DNA from: Candidatus Thorarchaeota archaeon
Lineage (GTDB): Archaea > Asgardarchaeota > Thorarchaeia > Thorarchaeales > Thorarchaeaceae
Assembly: GCA_048882045.1 (NCBI GenBank)
Contig: JBHLRZ010000014.1
Coordinates: 1 to 64,000 of the forward strand
Length of the DNA: 64,000 nt
Reading direction: 5' to 3'
The translations under genes and the position numbers were made by a program. The notes below the pieces were generated by a model that saw nothing but the letters and a program-made list of their open reading frames with translations, ran no database searches and was not told the DNA's origin. Positions 39,291 to 49,061 of the stretch are shown here, piece after piece. Position 1 is the first letter of the stretch, and each line of letters opens with the position of its first letter.

Positions 39291-39977
39291 TCAACCCTCT
39301 CTCGCGTATAGAATGGTCCCTGTGTCTTCTTCCTGAACTTCAATAATAGTGGAAGAGGGGTTCTCTGACACTATAGCATGTTTCATCTGACTCATGATCA
39401 TTGAGGATGTGGAATCGAGAATGACACCATACTCGGGCAACACTATCACATCACCGGTAATCGATGGTGTTCTGGTTGATTTCACTGGAGCCCTGAACTC
39501 AACCCACATAGCTCCCCCTGGAAACTCACCTGGGTCTTTGGTCAATAACTCTCCTGCTTTGGATGCGATTTCGGTAGGATTGATCTTGTTGATCATATCG
39601 ATGAGTTCAATCTGCTCGCGGAATTGATCAATTCCTTCAAGGGGAACGTTCTCAATATACGGAATTGCTCCTTCAGCATCGATGATCTTTCGGGTTTCTC
39701 TGTCAACTCCGTTATGATAGAGTGCACGCAATGACCTGCCAGTAAGATGTCCAGGAACCTCTGGACCAGTGAGAATCAGAAATCGAATATTCGGATTGGA
39801 GATGACATTGATGATGACACGTTCAATTCCAATATTCTCAGTCTTGCAGGTACCGATGATTGCGCACTCAGTATCAACATCAATCTTCTTACCCAGTGTA
39901 CAAATGGCTACACATTTGGAGGGGTCTCTAACTTCGAAATCTCCTTGGACCGGAGGCCATTCGGGTTCAGGATTCAT
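39291..39977 (-). CDS. mtrA: MtrA corrinoid protein, soluble (no TM anchor), with C-terminal extension
   Basis: WPPVQGDF, GTCKTENIGIE, NPNIRF, EVPGHLTG (cobamide His ligand), GAIPYIEN. Confidence 0.9.
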   Translation of the reverse strand: MNPEPEWPPVQGDFEVRDPSKCVAICTLGKKIDVDTECAIIGTCKTENIGIERVIINVISNPNIRFLILTGPEVPGHLTGRSLRALYHNGVDRETRKIIDAEGAIPYIENVPLEGIDQFREQIELIDMINKINPTEIASKAGELLTKDPGEFPGGAMWVEFRAPVKSTRTPSITGDVIVLPEYGVILDSTSSMIMSQMKHAIVSENPSSTIIEVQEEDTGTILYAREG

Positions 39978-39992
39978 TTTATTGCATCCCTC

Positions 39993-40910
39993 CTATTCAA
40001 ACGATGGGGGTTCAAAGAGTTCTCTGTCAATGTCCAATACACTGTTTGCTTCGGCTATGGTTGCGGCTATGGCATTCGAAATCAGAGCTGCTGATGTGAA
40101 TATCTCTTTGGCATGAGATAATGAGCCAAACATTATGGCATCAGTTGCAAAGAGTTGTGCAGCCACAGTCGCTGCAACCACCGTCGAGATTCTTGTCGTG
40201 TCATCATCCAATCCGGGTTGTCGGATGAATCGCCAAGCGGAAGGTGCATTGTGAGGAGCTAGACATGTTGGAAGTCCCAATTCTGATTTCACAGCAATGG
40301 TGGTCCTATGCTCCAGTCCATAGCCAGAACCTACGGGCATCGTAGCCGGATCGACGATGGTTTTCTTTATACCCAATGACTCGGAGAATGTTAGTACATC
40401 ACGTATTGTATCCATTCTATCTGGGAGCGTAGTGGCCTTTGGTGACCACCCAAGGATGACTGCCATGTCCAATGCACTAGCTTTGAGTTTGTCCTTCTCA
40501 TCATCCTTCATTGACAGATTGATGGAGTTGAAGACCGCTCGGTCAGTGAGTCCAGTTTCTTCGCAGTATTCAATTGCACGAATGCGAGCGTTTGCATTTA
40601 TTGACTCGAACATGAAGGGTCCTTCAAGATTCTCTGCTAGCCAAGAGAGATGATTCTCCATTGCCCGAGGAGTTCTACCAAATGCTTGAATCATCAATGG
40701 GAGTCCAGTTTTGTCAGACATTAATTGTGCAGTGTCAATCCATGACTTCGCGACTTCTTTGTCGAATATACCCTCTCGAGTGTCCTCCATTATTGACTGA
40801 CCCTTGAAGAAGAGACCCCCAATCAGAACTGTGGGATTCTCACCAGGATTACCACCAATAGGAATACCTCCAAAGTCAAACACTTGTTGCTCTTTCTTGA
40901 AGACAAACAC
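39993..40910 (-). CDS. Divergent MtrH paralogue
   Basis: F.FKKEQ...GGNPGENPTVLIG, VFNS, APHNAPSAW; PFMFES in place of PFLIDS. Confidence 0.82.
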   Translation of the reverse strand: MFVFKKEQQVFDFGGIPIGGNPGENPTVLIGGLFFKGQSIMEDTREGIFDKEVAKSWIDTAQLMSDKTGLPLMIQAFGRTPRAMENHLSWLAENLEGPFMFESINANARIRAIEYCEETGLTDRAVFNSINLSMKDDEKDKLKASALDMAVILGWSPKATTLPDRMDTIRDVLTFSESLGIKKTIVDPATMPVGSGYGLEHRTTIAVKSELGLPTCLAPHNAPSAWRFIRQPGLDDDTTRISTVVAATVAAQLFATDAIMFGSLSHAKEIFTSAALISNAIAATIAEANSVLDIDRELFEPPSFE

Positions 40911-40914
40911 GATA

Positions 40915-41865
40915 TCACCTCTCAACCTTCCGTCTAGGATACAAATTAGCACGTTTGACAAGCTCAACAATACTCTCTGGCCAACCTATGCCCATCAAGT
41001 GTAGTCCATTGACGCCATCGATCTCACGTATCACCTCTATGGTTTCAAGGGCGATTTGAATACCTTCCGCTTTCATTGCCTGAATCTTGGCCTGCTCCTC
41101 TTCTTGACCTTTTGCAGAATCATCAAGTCGTCGAATGAACTCATCAGGAACCTGAATATCTGGAACATAGTCATTCATGAAGTGCGCCATCTCTGAGTCA
41201 CGAAGCGGGATTATACCCACCAAAATGTTCAGTTTGTTGTCAGTTTGTCCCATGAATCTCTGTAAGAGAACAGGATCAAAGATCGCTTGAGTCTGAAAGA
41301 ACTGTGCTCCCGCTTCGAATTTCGCTTTCATTCGACGTTGTTGATTTTCTAGTGATGCATCATTTGGATTGATGGTTGCTCCGAGATAGAACTCTGGTGT
41401 TCCCTCCAACTCATCACCCACAGAGTCAACTCCAGTGGAGAGATGTTTCGCCAGAGCAAGAGCCTCAAGAGTATCTAGATCGTTGACCATCTTTACATGA
41501 GGATGCGTTCCGAACCGAGTAGGGTCACCAGCCATGATGAGAAGATTACGCACACCAAGTGCGTATGCGCCATAGAGCTCGCTCTGAAATGCGATCTGGT
41601 TTCGGTCCCTTGTTGTCAGATGGAGGATAGGTTCAGCGCCTGCCTGAAGTACAAATGTGGAACATACACTGCTGCTCATGGTTGGAACTCCACGGGCATT
41701 GTCAGGTACATTAATGGCATCACAGAAATCACGTATCATTTCAACACGATTTATTACTATTGATGAATCCGCCCCATGAGGTGCTCCAATCTCTCCCGTA
41801 ACTACGAAATCACCTCTATCTAGTAATTGCTTGAGTCGTGTTTCGAGCAGTTTGCAGACCTCCAC
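40915..41865 (-). CDS. metF: Methylenetetrahydrofolate reductase (MetF family); start at GTG 41865 or CTG 41850
   Basis: FVVTGE, DAINVPDN, PILHLTTRDRN, GDP, K.EAGAQFFQTQ, GIIP, GLHLM. Confidence 0.88.
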   Translation of the reverse strand: MEVCKLLETRLKQLLDRGDFVVTGEIGAPHGADSSIVINRVEMIRDFCDAINVPDNARGVPTMSSSVCSTFVLQAGAEPILHLTTRDRNQIAFQSELYGAYALGVRNLLIMAGDPTRFGTHPHVKMVNDLDTLEALALAKHLSTGVDSVGDELEGTPEFYLGATINPNDASLENQQRRMKAKFEAGAQFFQTQAIFDPVLLQRFMGQTDNKLNILVGIIPLRDSEMAHFMNDYVPDIQVPDEFIRRLDDSAKGQEEEQAKIQAMKAEGIQIALETIEVIREIDGVNGLHLMGIGWPESIVELVKRANLYPRRKVER

Positions 41866-41896
41866 AAATTCCTTCTCTGACTGACATGTGTTCCCC

Positions 41897-43714
41897 TTAA
41901 TTGGTTTTGTTAGAAATCCAGCCCTTCTTTATCGCAATACTAAATGCAACTAATGACATGGATGATACTGTGGCAATCATTATTGGGATGGATACAATCA
42001 GTGGAGGAGAGGACATGGTTGTATGAGGACTGGAACCTATCTTGAAATCGGGGTAGTAATGATAGTCTGGATTGGCAGTAAGATTGTAGATGTCACCAAC
42101 ATCATATCCTGTAAGAATGAAAGGCCCACAAGTAACATGAGGTGATTCAGCGTCAAATATTGGGTTCCATCTATCCCAGCTAGAAAATCCAATTCCTGAG
42201 AAGATATGTTTTGGAATTATGAATTCATAGACAATGTTGTAGAAGTGCCAATACGACTCACTACTGAACTCCATCACTACTTTATACATGGAGGGAGCAT
42301 ATACAGACATTAGATCGATGAAGGAGTCTGCAGCGAGATTTCCATAGGTCCTGCTCTCCAGTAGATAGATGAAAGTATATGCAACGTCTACTGCAGTTAA
42401 CGGAGTACCATCTGACCACGTTGCATTACGTAGTATGTTAAAAGTAAAACGCATGTTACCTTCAGGAACTGTTGGATTATCACGATTGGTTTCGACAAGC
42501 ACAGACTCAGCAAGGTCAGGAATTGGGTTCATGTCAGGACCACGAGAATATAGAGAGGAATATAGGTTTTCAAGAATCATTCTTGAGTATATCGAGTATG
42601 GTAATGAAAAGTTGAGGGCATAGAAATTGAAGGTATCAGGTTCTAAGCTAAGGGCAATACCTACGGTACCCCCTTGAGTATCGTTAATCTTAAGCATCTT
42701 TCTCAAAGTCCACGGACCTGAGATGTATCGATAGATATCAGCAACATGACCTTTGAACTTGTCAGTTCTATATCCTTGGTAGATATTTGATTGACATATC
42801 ACCAATTGCGGAACGTTGTAATGCAGAATCCTTTGAATTTCAACAGAAGCTTCAAGGACTTCTTCGTAGGTTCTCCCTGTTCGGAATTTTTCCATCCAGA
42901 AATCATAAGTTTCGTTTTTAAAGTTCGAAAAGTCAAAATTAAGATTCAAACCGAAATCATCATAGTAATAAAAACTCTTGAAAGCGTAAGTCATATCCCA
43001 AGAGGGGGGAAATTCCCACCCAGGCAATATCCAGCTCTCTATGTAGATCCAGTTTGTATCGATATGTAGAGAGTGAAGGGCTTCGATAGATAGATCAGCG
43101 ATTTCGAGACCGTGATATGCATAATATCCTTCAATAGTAAATGGTTCACCATTCGGTGCATTTCTAAAACCTGTTGTACTGTTCATTGTAAAGCCAAGTT
43201 CATCGAGGAGTGCATTACCCCTCTCTATGTCAGCTCCATAGTAATGATTTTCAAGGAGTTCTTCTGCGCACCACCTGTTTACAGAAGGAAGTAGAGAATC
43301 ATGCGGTGATGCATGACCTCGGTAAATATCATCTACAGCTTTTATCTTATTGAATGCAAAAGCAAATGCTCTTCGAAAACCAGAGATGTTCAGTGGGTAA
43401 TGTTCGCAATTGAGAAGGATAGAAGTGTAGCCATTTCTTGGATACTCGAATATCTCGACATTTGGATCAGCATCGAGTAAATTGAAGCTTGAGAAACCAA
43501 CATCCCCGATGTCGATTACTCCACTTTGAAGGGCAATGGTTCTTTGGTTATTTCCAACAATTACTTTGTAGACTACTTTGTCGATGAATGGTCCGATTCG
43601 GATGTCCTCTGGAATATCTATTGAAGCAACGAGGGGGAATTGAAGAGAGAGAAACAGAATGGTGCAACAGAAAGACAGCACACTCAGTGACCTCCTCAAC
43701 ACAAACCACCACAT
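41897..43714 (-). CDS. ABC peptide/nickel substrate-binding protein (family 5), C-terminally anchored
   Basis: FRRAFAFAFNK, PDLAES, WSDG.PLTA.DV.YTF, GPF; C-terminal TM. Confidence 0.85.
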   Translation of the reverse strand: MWWFVLRRSLSVLSFCCTILFLSLQFPLVASIDIPEDIRIGPFIDKVVYKVIVGNNQRTIALQSGVIDIGDVGFSSFNLLDADPNVEIFEYPRNGYTSILLNCEHYPLNISGFRRAFAFAFNKIKAVDDIYRGHASPHDSLLPSVNRWCAEELLENHYYGADIERGNALLDELGFTMNSTTGFRNAPNGEPFTIEGYYAYHGLEIADLSIEALHSLHIDTNWIYIESWILPGWEFPPSWDMTYAFKSFYYYDDFGLNLNFDFSNFKNETYDFWMEKFRTGRTYEEVLEASVEIQRILHYNVPQLVICQSNIYQGYRTDKFKGHVADIYRYISGPWTLRKMLKINDTQGGTVGIALSLEPDTFNFYALNFSLPYSIYSRMILENLYSSLYSRGPDMNPIPDLAESVLVETNRDNPTVPEGNMRFTFNILRNATWSDGTPLTAVDVAYTFIYLLESRTYGNLAADSFIDLMSVYAPSMYKVVMEFSSESYWHFYNIVYEFIIPKHIFSGIGFSSWDRWNPIFDAESPHVTCGPFILTGYDVGDIYNLTANPDYHYYPDFKIGSSPHTTMSSPPLIVSIPIMIATVSSMSLVAFSIAIKKGWISNKTN

Positions 43715-43789
43715 TGTCCTTGGCTGATGATTGATATTATGATTTTTATACGAGCAATCTGGGACTATGCTCCCCGAAATTGCATATGT

Positions 43790-45598
43790 CTACTCAGAGC
43801 GTTTTCTGTCCATTATCAAAAGCACTATGATACCAGCAGTGACAACTACATAAGTTGTGGAAAGAGTCATTGCTACAATTTGAAATATGGGATCAGATGT
43901 TACAGGCGGAAAAGTGTTGATGATGTCAGGTGTTATAGGTTGTCTTTGTGGGAGCCAATGATATAAGGGATTTACCGTCAATTCATAGAACTCACCAAGT
44001 TCGAAATCTGTCAATACAAAGGGTCCACTTGTCACATGCGGTTCTTCCGGATCAAAGACAGGGTTCCAAGTATTCCAGCCCTCGTAGCCAATTGCTGTAA
44101 AGATGTGTTTTGGAATAATATAGTCATACGCAATCTTGCTGAAATGCCAATATGACTCAGAACTGAATTCAAAGACCACGCGATATGTAGATGGTGCGTA
44201 TACAGCAACAAGATCATTCAACGAACTTCCAGCTGGATTCCCGTAAGCTCTGCTTTCTAGTTGGTACAGGAATGTGAACGATATGTCTTCGGCTGTGAGC
44301 GACTGACCGTCTGACCATGAGGCATTTTGTAGAATGTCAAATGTATAGCGCATGTGACCATCAGGAATCATAGAATTGTTGCTATGGGTTTCAGTAAGCA
44401 TAGATATTGCCAAGTCTGGTAGAGGATTCATATTTGGATCCCGTGAGTAGAGTGATGAATAGAGGTTCTCAAGAATTAAGTGAGAGTACATCAAGTTAGT
44501 GACGTAGATGTTGAAACTGTATGGCTCCTGACCAAGGCCAATATTAAACAAGCCACCGTATGTACCATCGACTCTGTGAATTCGTCTCAAAGTCCATGGA
44601 CCGGAGAAATATCGAAAATGGTCTTCAATATGACCTTGGAACTGGTCAGTTCTAATAGCTTCGAGATAGTTTGGCTGACATACTACAATGCGAGGAACAT
44701 TGTAATGCAGAATTTTCTGAATCTCGGTTGAAGCTTCATAGACCTCTTCGTATGTCTTTCCATTGTAATATTTTTCAGTCCAATATGTAAAGGTATCATT
44801 TCTATAGTTGGAAAGACTATCTTCCCAAATCATAGTATCATATCCAAAAGTCCAGCTTATAACGACCATATCATATGAGGGAGGAAGAATCCATGGCCAC
44901 CACCATGAATAGTACACATAACAATCAACATTCAGTGCGGAAAGAGCTTCACAAGCGAGTTGGGCAATCGTCCCAGATATGAAAGAACTTGAGGGAGAGT
45001 AGTACACTATGACAGTAAATGGTTCGCCATTCGGTGCGTCCCTGAATCCTGTCGTGGAATTCAATGTGAAACCAAGTTCATCAAGGATTGCATTGCCTCT
45101 CTCTATGTCAGCCTCATAGTAATGATATTCAAGAAGATCTTCTGCGCACAACCTATTGGTCAATGGAACCACTGAATCATGCAGTGTTGCATGACCTTCG
45201 TAAACGTAGTTTAACGCCTTCGTCTTGTTGAAAGCAAAAGCGAAAGCCCGTCTAAAGCCAGTGATGTTTAGTGGATACTTGTTACAATTGATAGAAATTG
45301 AGTTATACCCATTTCTTGGACATTCTAGGATGTCAATATCAGGATTCTCAAGTAATTCCGAAGTTTGTGTGTAATAATTCTCAGAGATTCTCCCAATATC
45401 GAGTACTCCTGATTGGAGAGCGAGTAGAGTGCCAGATCCAATGATTACTTTGTAGACTACACTGTCGATAAATGGGCCATAACGAATGTCTTCAGGAATA
45501 TCAATTGACACCACAAGTGGGAGCTGAAGAAATAGGACTAGGAAGATGCAACACAATGATAGTGCACTCCGTGACCTCCTCAACACGTTCCACCTCAT
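43790..45598 (-). CDS. ABC peptide substrate-binding protein (family 5), tandem paralogue
   Basis: Same motifs; closely similar to 41897..43714. Confidence 0.85.
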   Translation of the reverse strand: MRWNVLRRSRSALSLCCIFLVLFLQLPLVVSIDIPEDIRYGPFIDSVVYKVIIGSGTLLALQSGVLDIGRISENYYTQTSELLENPDIDILECPRNGYNSISINCNKYPLNITGFRRAFAFAFNKTKALNYVYEGHATLHDSVVPLTNRLCAEDLLEYHYYEADIERGNAILDELGFTLNSTTGFRDAPNGEPFTVIVYYSPSSSFISGTIAQLACEALSALNVDCYVYYSWWWPWILPPSYDMVVISWTFGYDTMIWEDSLSNYRNDTFTYWTEKYYNGKTYEEVYEASTEIQKILHYNVPRIVVCQPNYLEAIRTDQFQGHIEDHFRYFSGPWTLRRIHRVDGTYGGLFNIGLGQEPYSFNIYVTNLMYSHLILENLYSSLYSRDPNMNPLPDLAISMLTETHSNNSMIPDGHMRYTFDILQNASWSDGQSLTAEDISFTFLYQLESRAYGNPAGSSLNDLVAVYAPSTYRVVFEFSSESYWHFSKIAYDYIIPKHIFTAIGYEGWNTWNPVFDPEEPHVTSGPFVLTDFELGEFYELTVNPLYHWLPQRQPITPDIINTFPPVTSDPIFQIVAMTLSTTYVVVTAGIIVLLIMDRKRSE

Positions 45599-45643
45599 AA
45601 TAATCTTAGAGGTTTGACTTTATCTTTTTGGTCTATCATTTCA

Positions 45644-46978
45644 TTAGGAAACCAGTCTTCGTAAGTTTCCAGCTGGTAAATCTCTATCCAACTTCTGGGC
45701 CACCTCAATGTTGAGGTTGGCAACGACCTCGATGTGTTCTCCAGTGTAGTTCTCACTAACGATGTCGCCTTCCTCATGCAGCCAAGAAAGCAGTGACATC
45801 CCAGCATTTCCATATGGGAGTATGATCTCGTATCTCTGCAAACGGGGCAGATGTTCCTTTACTGATTCTATCAATAGATCGAGATTCGTCCCGTCATGTG
45901 CGGATATTGGCACTATTTTAGAAAGCGTGTCAGGAAGAGCATTGATTCTTACCTCGATATCTTTCTCATCGAGTAGGTCAATCTTGTTGAGTGCAGTCAC
46001 AATCGAGATACCATTTGCTCCAATCTCGTTGAAGGTCTCTAGACACGCTTCGACCTTTCGGTCCATCTCTTCGACTGGATCTGATGCATCAACAACGAGA
46101 ATGATGACATCTGCATCTGCAACTTCCATGAGGGTGGTGTTGAAAGCTTGAAGGAGTGGTCCAGGAAGGTCGCTGATGAACCCGACAGAATCTGAGAGAA
46201 CTACCCGCCTACCGGGCATGTCAACTTCACTAGCCTTTGTTGAGAGTGTCGTGAAGAGCTCGTCAGCCACATCTACATCGGACCCTGTAAGTGCTCTGTG
46301 AAGTGTACTCTTGCCAGCATTGGTATATCCAGCAATAGTCAACTCGATGAACCCTTCATGGACACGTTTCTTCTTCTTGGTCTCTTGCTCCTTTGATATT
46401 TTTTCGAGTTTCTCATTGATCTTTGAGAGTCGTCTGCGAATGTCCTTTATTCGCAGGTTTAGCAGATCTTCACCTGCGCCTATCTGTTCTGCAATTGGAC
46501 GGTCTCCAGTATGTTCCTTCTGAAGTCGCATCCGAATCTGATGACGTTCAAACGGAAGTTCATATCGCAGTCGAGCCTGCTCAATCTGGAGTCGGGCTTG
46601 CTGTGTCTTTGCATGCTTGTCAAAAATCTCCAGAATAACCTGAGTTCTATCACGGACCTCAGTCTCCCAGAGCTCCATGAGTCTGAACACTTGACCAGAT
46701 GTGAGTCGAGGAGAGAAGAGTACAAACTCAGGCTCATTGACCTCAATCCATGTCTGAATTTCTTGAGCCTTTCCAGAGCGTATTCCATACTTTGCAGCAG
46801 GTGCACTGATAATGTCGAATGAACCAACAACTGTGTATTCAGCGGTGGTCGCCAATGCCTCAAACTCACTAAGGAGGTCTGGTTCTGAATGACGCCGCCG
46901 TTGAACTAGTAATGCTGTTGCTTCGACCATTGACCCAACCTCAATCGATTTCGTCTTAAACGATTTGATTTCAGACAC
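45644..46978 (-). CDS. hflX: Ribosome-splitting GTPase HflX
   Basis: DRTQVILEIF..HA, GYTNAGKSTL, LFTTL, DSVGFI, NKID. Confidence 0.93.
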   Translation of the reverse strand: MSEIKSFKTKSIEVGSMVEATALLVQRRRHSEPDLLSEFEALATTAEYTVVGSFDIISAPAAKYGIRSGKAQEIQTWIEVNEPEFVLFSPRLTSGQVFRLMELWETEVRDRTQVILEIFDKHAKTQQARLQIEQARLRYELPFERHQIRMRLQKEHTGDRPIAEQIGAGEDLLNLRIKDIRRRLSKINEKLEKISKEQETKKKKRVHEGFIELTIAGYTNAGKSTLHRALTGSDVDVADELFTTLSTKASEVDMPGRRVVLSDSVGFISDLPGPLLQAFNTTLMEVADADVIILVVDASDPVEEMDRKVEACLETFNEIGANGISIVTALNKIDLLDEKDIEVRINALPDTLSKIVPISAHDGTNLDLLIESVKEHLPRLQRYEIILPYGNAGMSLLSWLHEEGDIVSENYTGEHIEVVANLNIEVAQKLDRDLPAGNLRRLVS

Positions 46979-47024
46979 ACGGAAAGATTCTTGGCTCTAT
47001 TCGAACTCTCGGATTTGAGCTCTG

Positions 47025-49061
47025 ATGGAACATTTTGAAATACGAGCAAAGGATGGTCTCGCACGACTTGGACGGTTTACAACCAAACACGGCACTGTAA
47101 AGACTCCACTTCTTATGCCTGTGGTTCATCCAGGAAAGTCTGTGATTAAACCTCAAGAGCTTGTAGACCACTTTGGATTTCAAATGGTAATCACCAACTC
47201 CTACATCATTCGGTCACATGACAAGTTCAAAGATATAGCAGTTGAGAAAGGAGTTCATAAACTTCTAAGTTTCAAGGGGCCAATCATGACTGATTCAGGC
47301 ACCTTTCAGATGTATTTCCATTCTTTGCCAGAGGAGGAGATTGATCCTCTCGAGATTGTTGAGTTTCAGAAGTCTATCGGAGCAGACATCGGTACCATTC
47401 TGGACGTTTTCTCTGATCCAAAGGTCGGAAAGTCAAAAGTCGAAGAAGACATGCGGGTTTCTCTTGAGAGGGCGGAGATGTCTGTTGACAAGAAAGGAGA
47501 GATGATGCTTGCAGGGACCGTCCAGGGAGGAATCTATCCTGACCTTCGTGAAGCTTCAGCGAAGGTTTTAGCAACTCTTGACTTTGACGTTCATCCTATA
47601 GGTGGCGTTGTTCCTCTAATGGAACAGTACCGGTATGCGGATATGGTGAGGGCTACTCTTGCAGCCAAGAAGCATCTACCGCTTGACAGACCAGTACATC
47701 TATTCGGTTGTGGCCATCCTATGCTTTTTGCTCAAGCTGCACTGCTTGGATGTGATTTGTTTGATTCGGCCTCTTACGCTAAATTCGCTGAAGCTGGGCG
47801 GATGATGCTTATCACTGGTACAGTTCATTTGGACCAATTAAACGAATTACCATGTGAGTGTCCAGTATGCAGTAATACAACTGCTCAGGAATTGAAAGGC
47901 CTAGAGAGAACAGAGCGGGATCTACAATTGATGAAACATAATCTGTACATATCTGCTGCAGAAATGCGACGAGTGAGACAGGCCATCTCGGATGGGAAAC
48001 TGTTCGAACTCGCAGCTACACGTGCTCAAGCTCATCCAACACTCCTAGAAGCGTTCAGTACAATGATGGACCACAGTAACATGTTGGTGGACTCGGACCC
48101 CATTGGGAAGACATCCTCAATATTCTATACTGGTCCTGAAACAATCAATCGACCAGAATTGGTAAGTTTCCATCGCCGCACTTTCGAAACGTATCCATAC
48201 AGAAACACGAAAACAATAATCATCGTTCCAGATGACGCTAACCGACCGTACACGGAAAGTGCAGGTACGATAATCAGCGAGGTCAGAAAAAGAAGCGATA
48301 AGGAAATCATTCTCTTGTTTCTAACCCCCTTGGGTGTTGTTCCTTGGGAACTTGAACATGTTCATCCAGCCCAACAGGGAGTCTTTCCAGAAACCATCGA
48401 TGAAACAACGATTAACATCGTTCAACAGAAACTCCACAAGTTCCTTGAAAGCATCACCTACAAAGATTTGATCTGGTTCGAGCGACCAGCAGCGACGAAC
48501 ACAATCATTGAATCAATCAAGTCCAGAGGAAACGTGGACATCCTAGACTCGGCTTCAGCTGTGATTGACAGACTTGGGGATTCGCCTGATGATCCACAAG
48601 ACTGGACCCGAAGGAAGCTCAGAGCCATACTTTCGTACCAGTGGGGCTCAAAAGTTTCAGGACTAGCTGACCACCAGGACTTGAAAGTAGAAATCTCGAG
48701 AAGTACTGGAAAGATACGACAGATCAAGTTGGGAGATGAAATCATCTTGACCCTTGTGCCGACAACTGGGCTCTTTACAGCAACCTATGAGGGTGGTCGC
48801 CAACTCATAGAACATGGACTGGATTCAAAGTATAAGGTCAGGCTTGACGACGAGGTCCGCCAGTTTGTCATAGATGGAAAGTCAGCCCTAGCAAAGTTCA
48901 TTGTACATGCCAGTCCTGAGCTCCGTGCAGGCGAGGAGATTGCTGTAGTGGACAGTTCCAACATTCTACTAGGTGTAGGAAAAGCACTACTATCTGGAAG
49001 AGAGATGATGACATTCCAGCGAGGAGTCGCTGTAAACATCCGGCATTCTCTGAAGAACTAA
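47025..49061 (+). CDS. tgtA: tRNA-guanine(15) transglycosylase (archaeosine) with PUA domain
   Basis: TPLLMPV, ITNSYII, MTDSG, HLFGCGHP, FDSASY, CECPVC, C-terminal PUA. Confidence 0.92.
   Translation: MEHFEIRAKDGLARLGRFTTKHGTVKTPLLMPVVHPGKSVIKPQELVDHFGFQMVITNSYIIRSHDKFKDIAVEKGVHKLLSFKGPIMTDSGTFQMYFHSLPEEEIDPLEIVEFQKSIGADIGTILDVFSDPKVGKSKVEEDMRVSLERAEMSVDKKGEMMLAGTVQGGIYPDLREASAKVLATLDFDVHPIGGVVPLMEQYRYADMVRATLAAKKHLPLDRPVHLFGCGHPMLFAQAALLGCDLFDSASYAKFAEAGRMMLITGTVHLDQLNELPCECPVCSNTTAQELKGLERTERDLQLMKHNLYISAAEMRRVRQAISDGKLFELAATRAQAHPTLLEAFSTMMDHSNMLVDSDPIGKTSSIFYTGPETINRPELVSFHRRTFETYPYRNTKTIIIVPDDANRPYTESAGTIISEVRKRSDKEIILLFLTPLGVVPWELEHVHPAQQGVFPETIDETTINIVQQKLHKFLESITYKDLIWFERPAATNTIIESIKSRGNVDILDSASAVIDRLGDSPDDPQDWTRRKLRAILSYQWGSKVSGLADHQDLKVEISRSTGKIRQIKLGDEIILTLVPTTGLFTATYEGGRQLIEHGLDSKYKVRLDDEVRQFVIDGKSALAKFIVHASPELRAGEEIAVVDSSNILLGVGKALLSGREMMTFQRGVAVNIRHSLKN

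Noticed and set aside
36921-40910. Evidence that the organism is a methanogen
   Set aside because: No mcr or membrane mtrCDE in the window, and MtrA is unanchored
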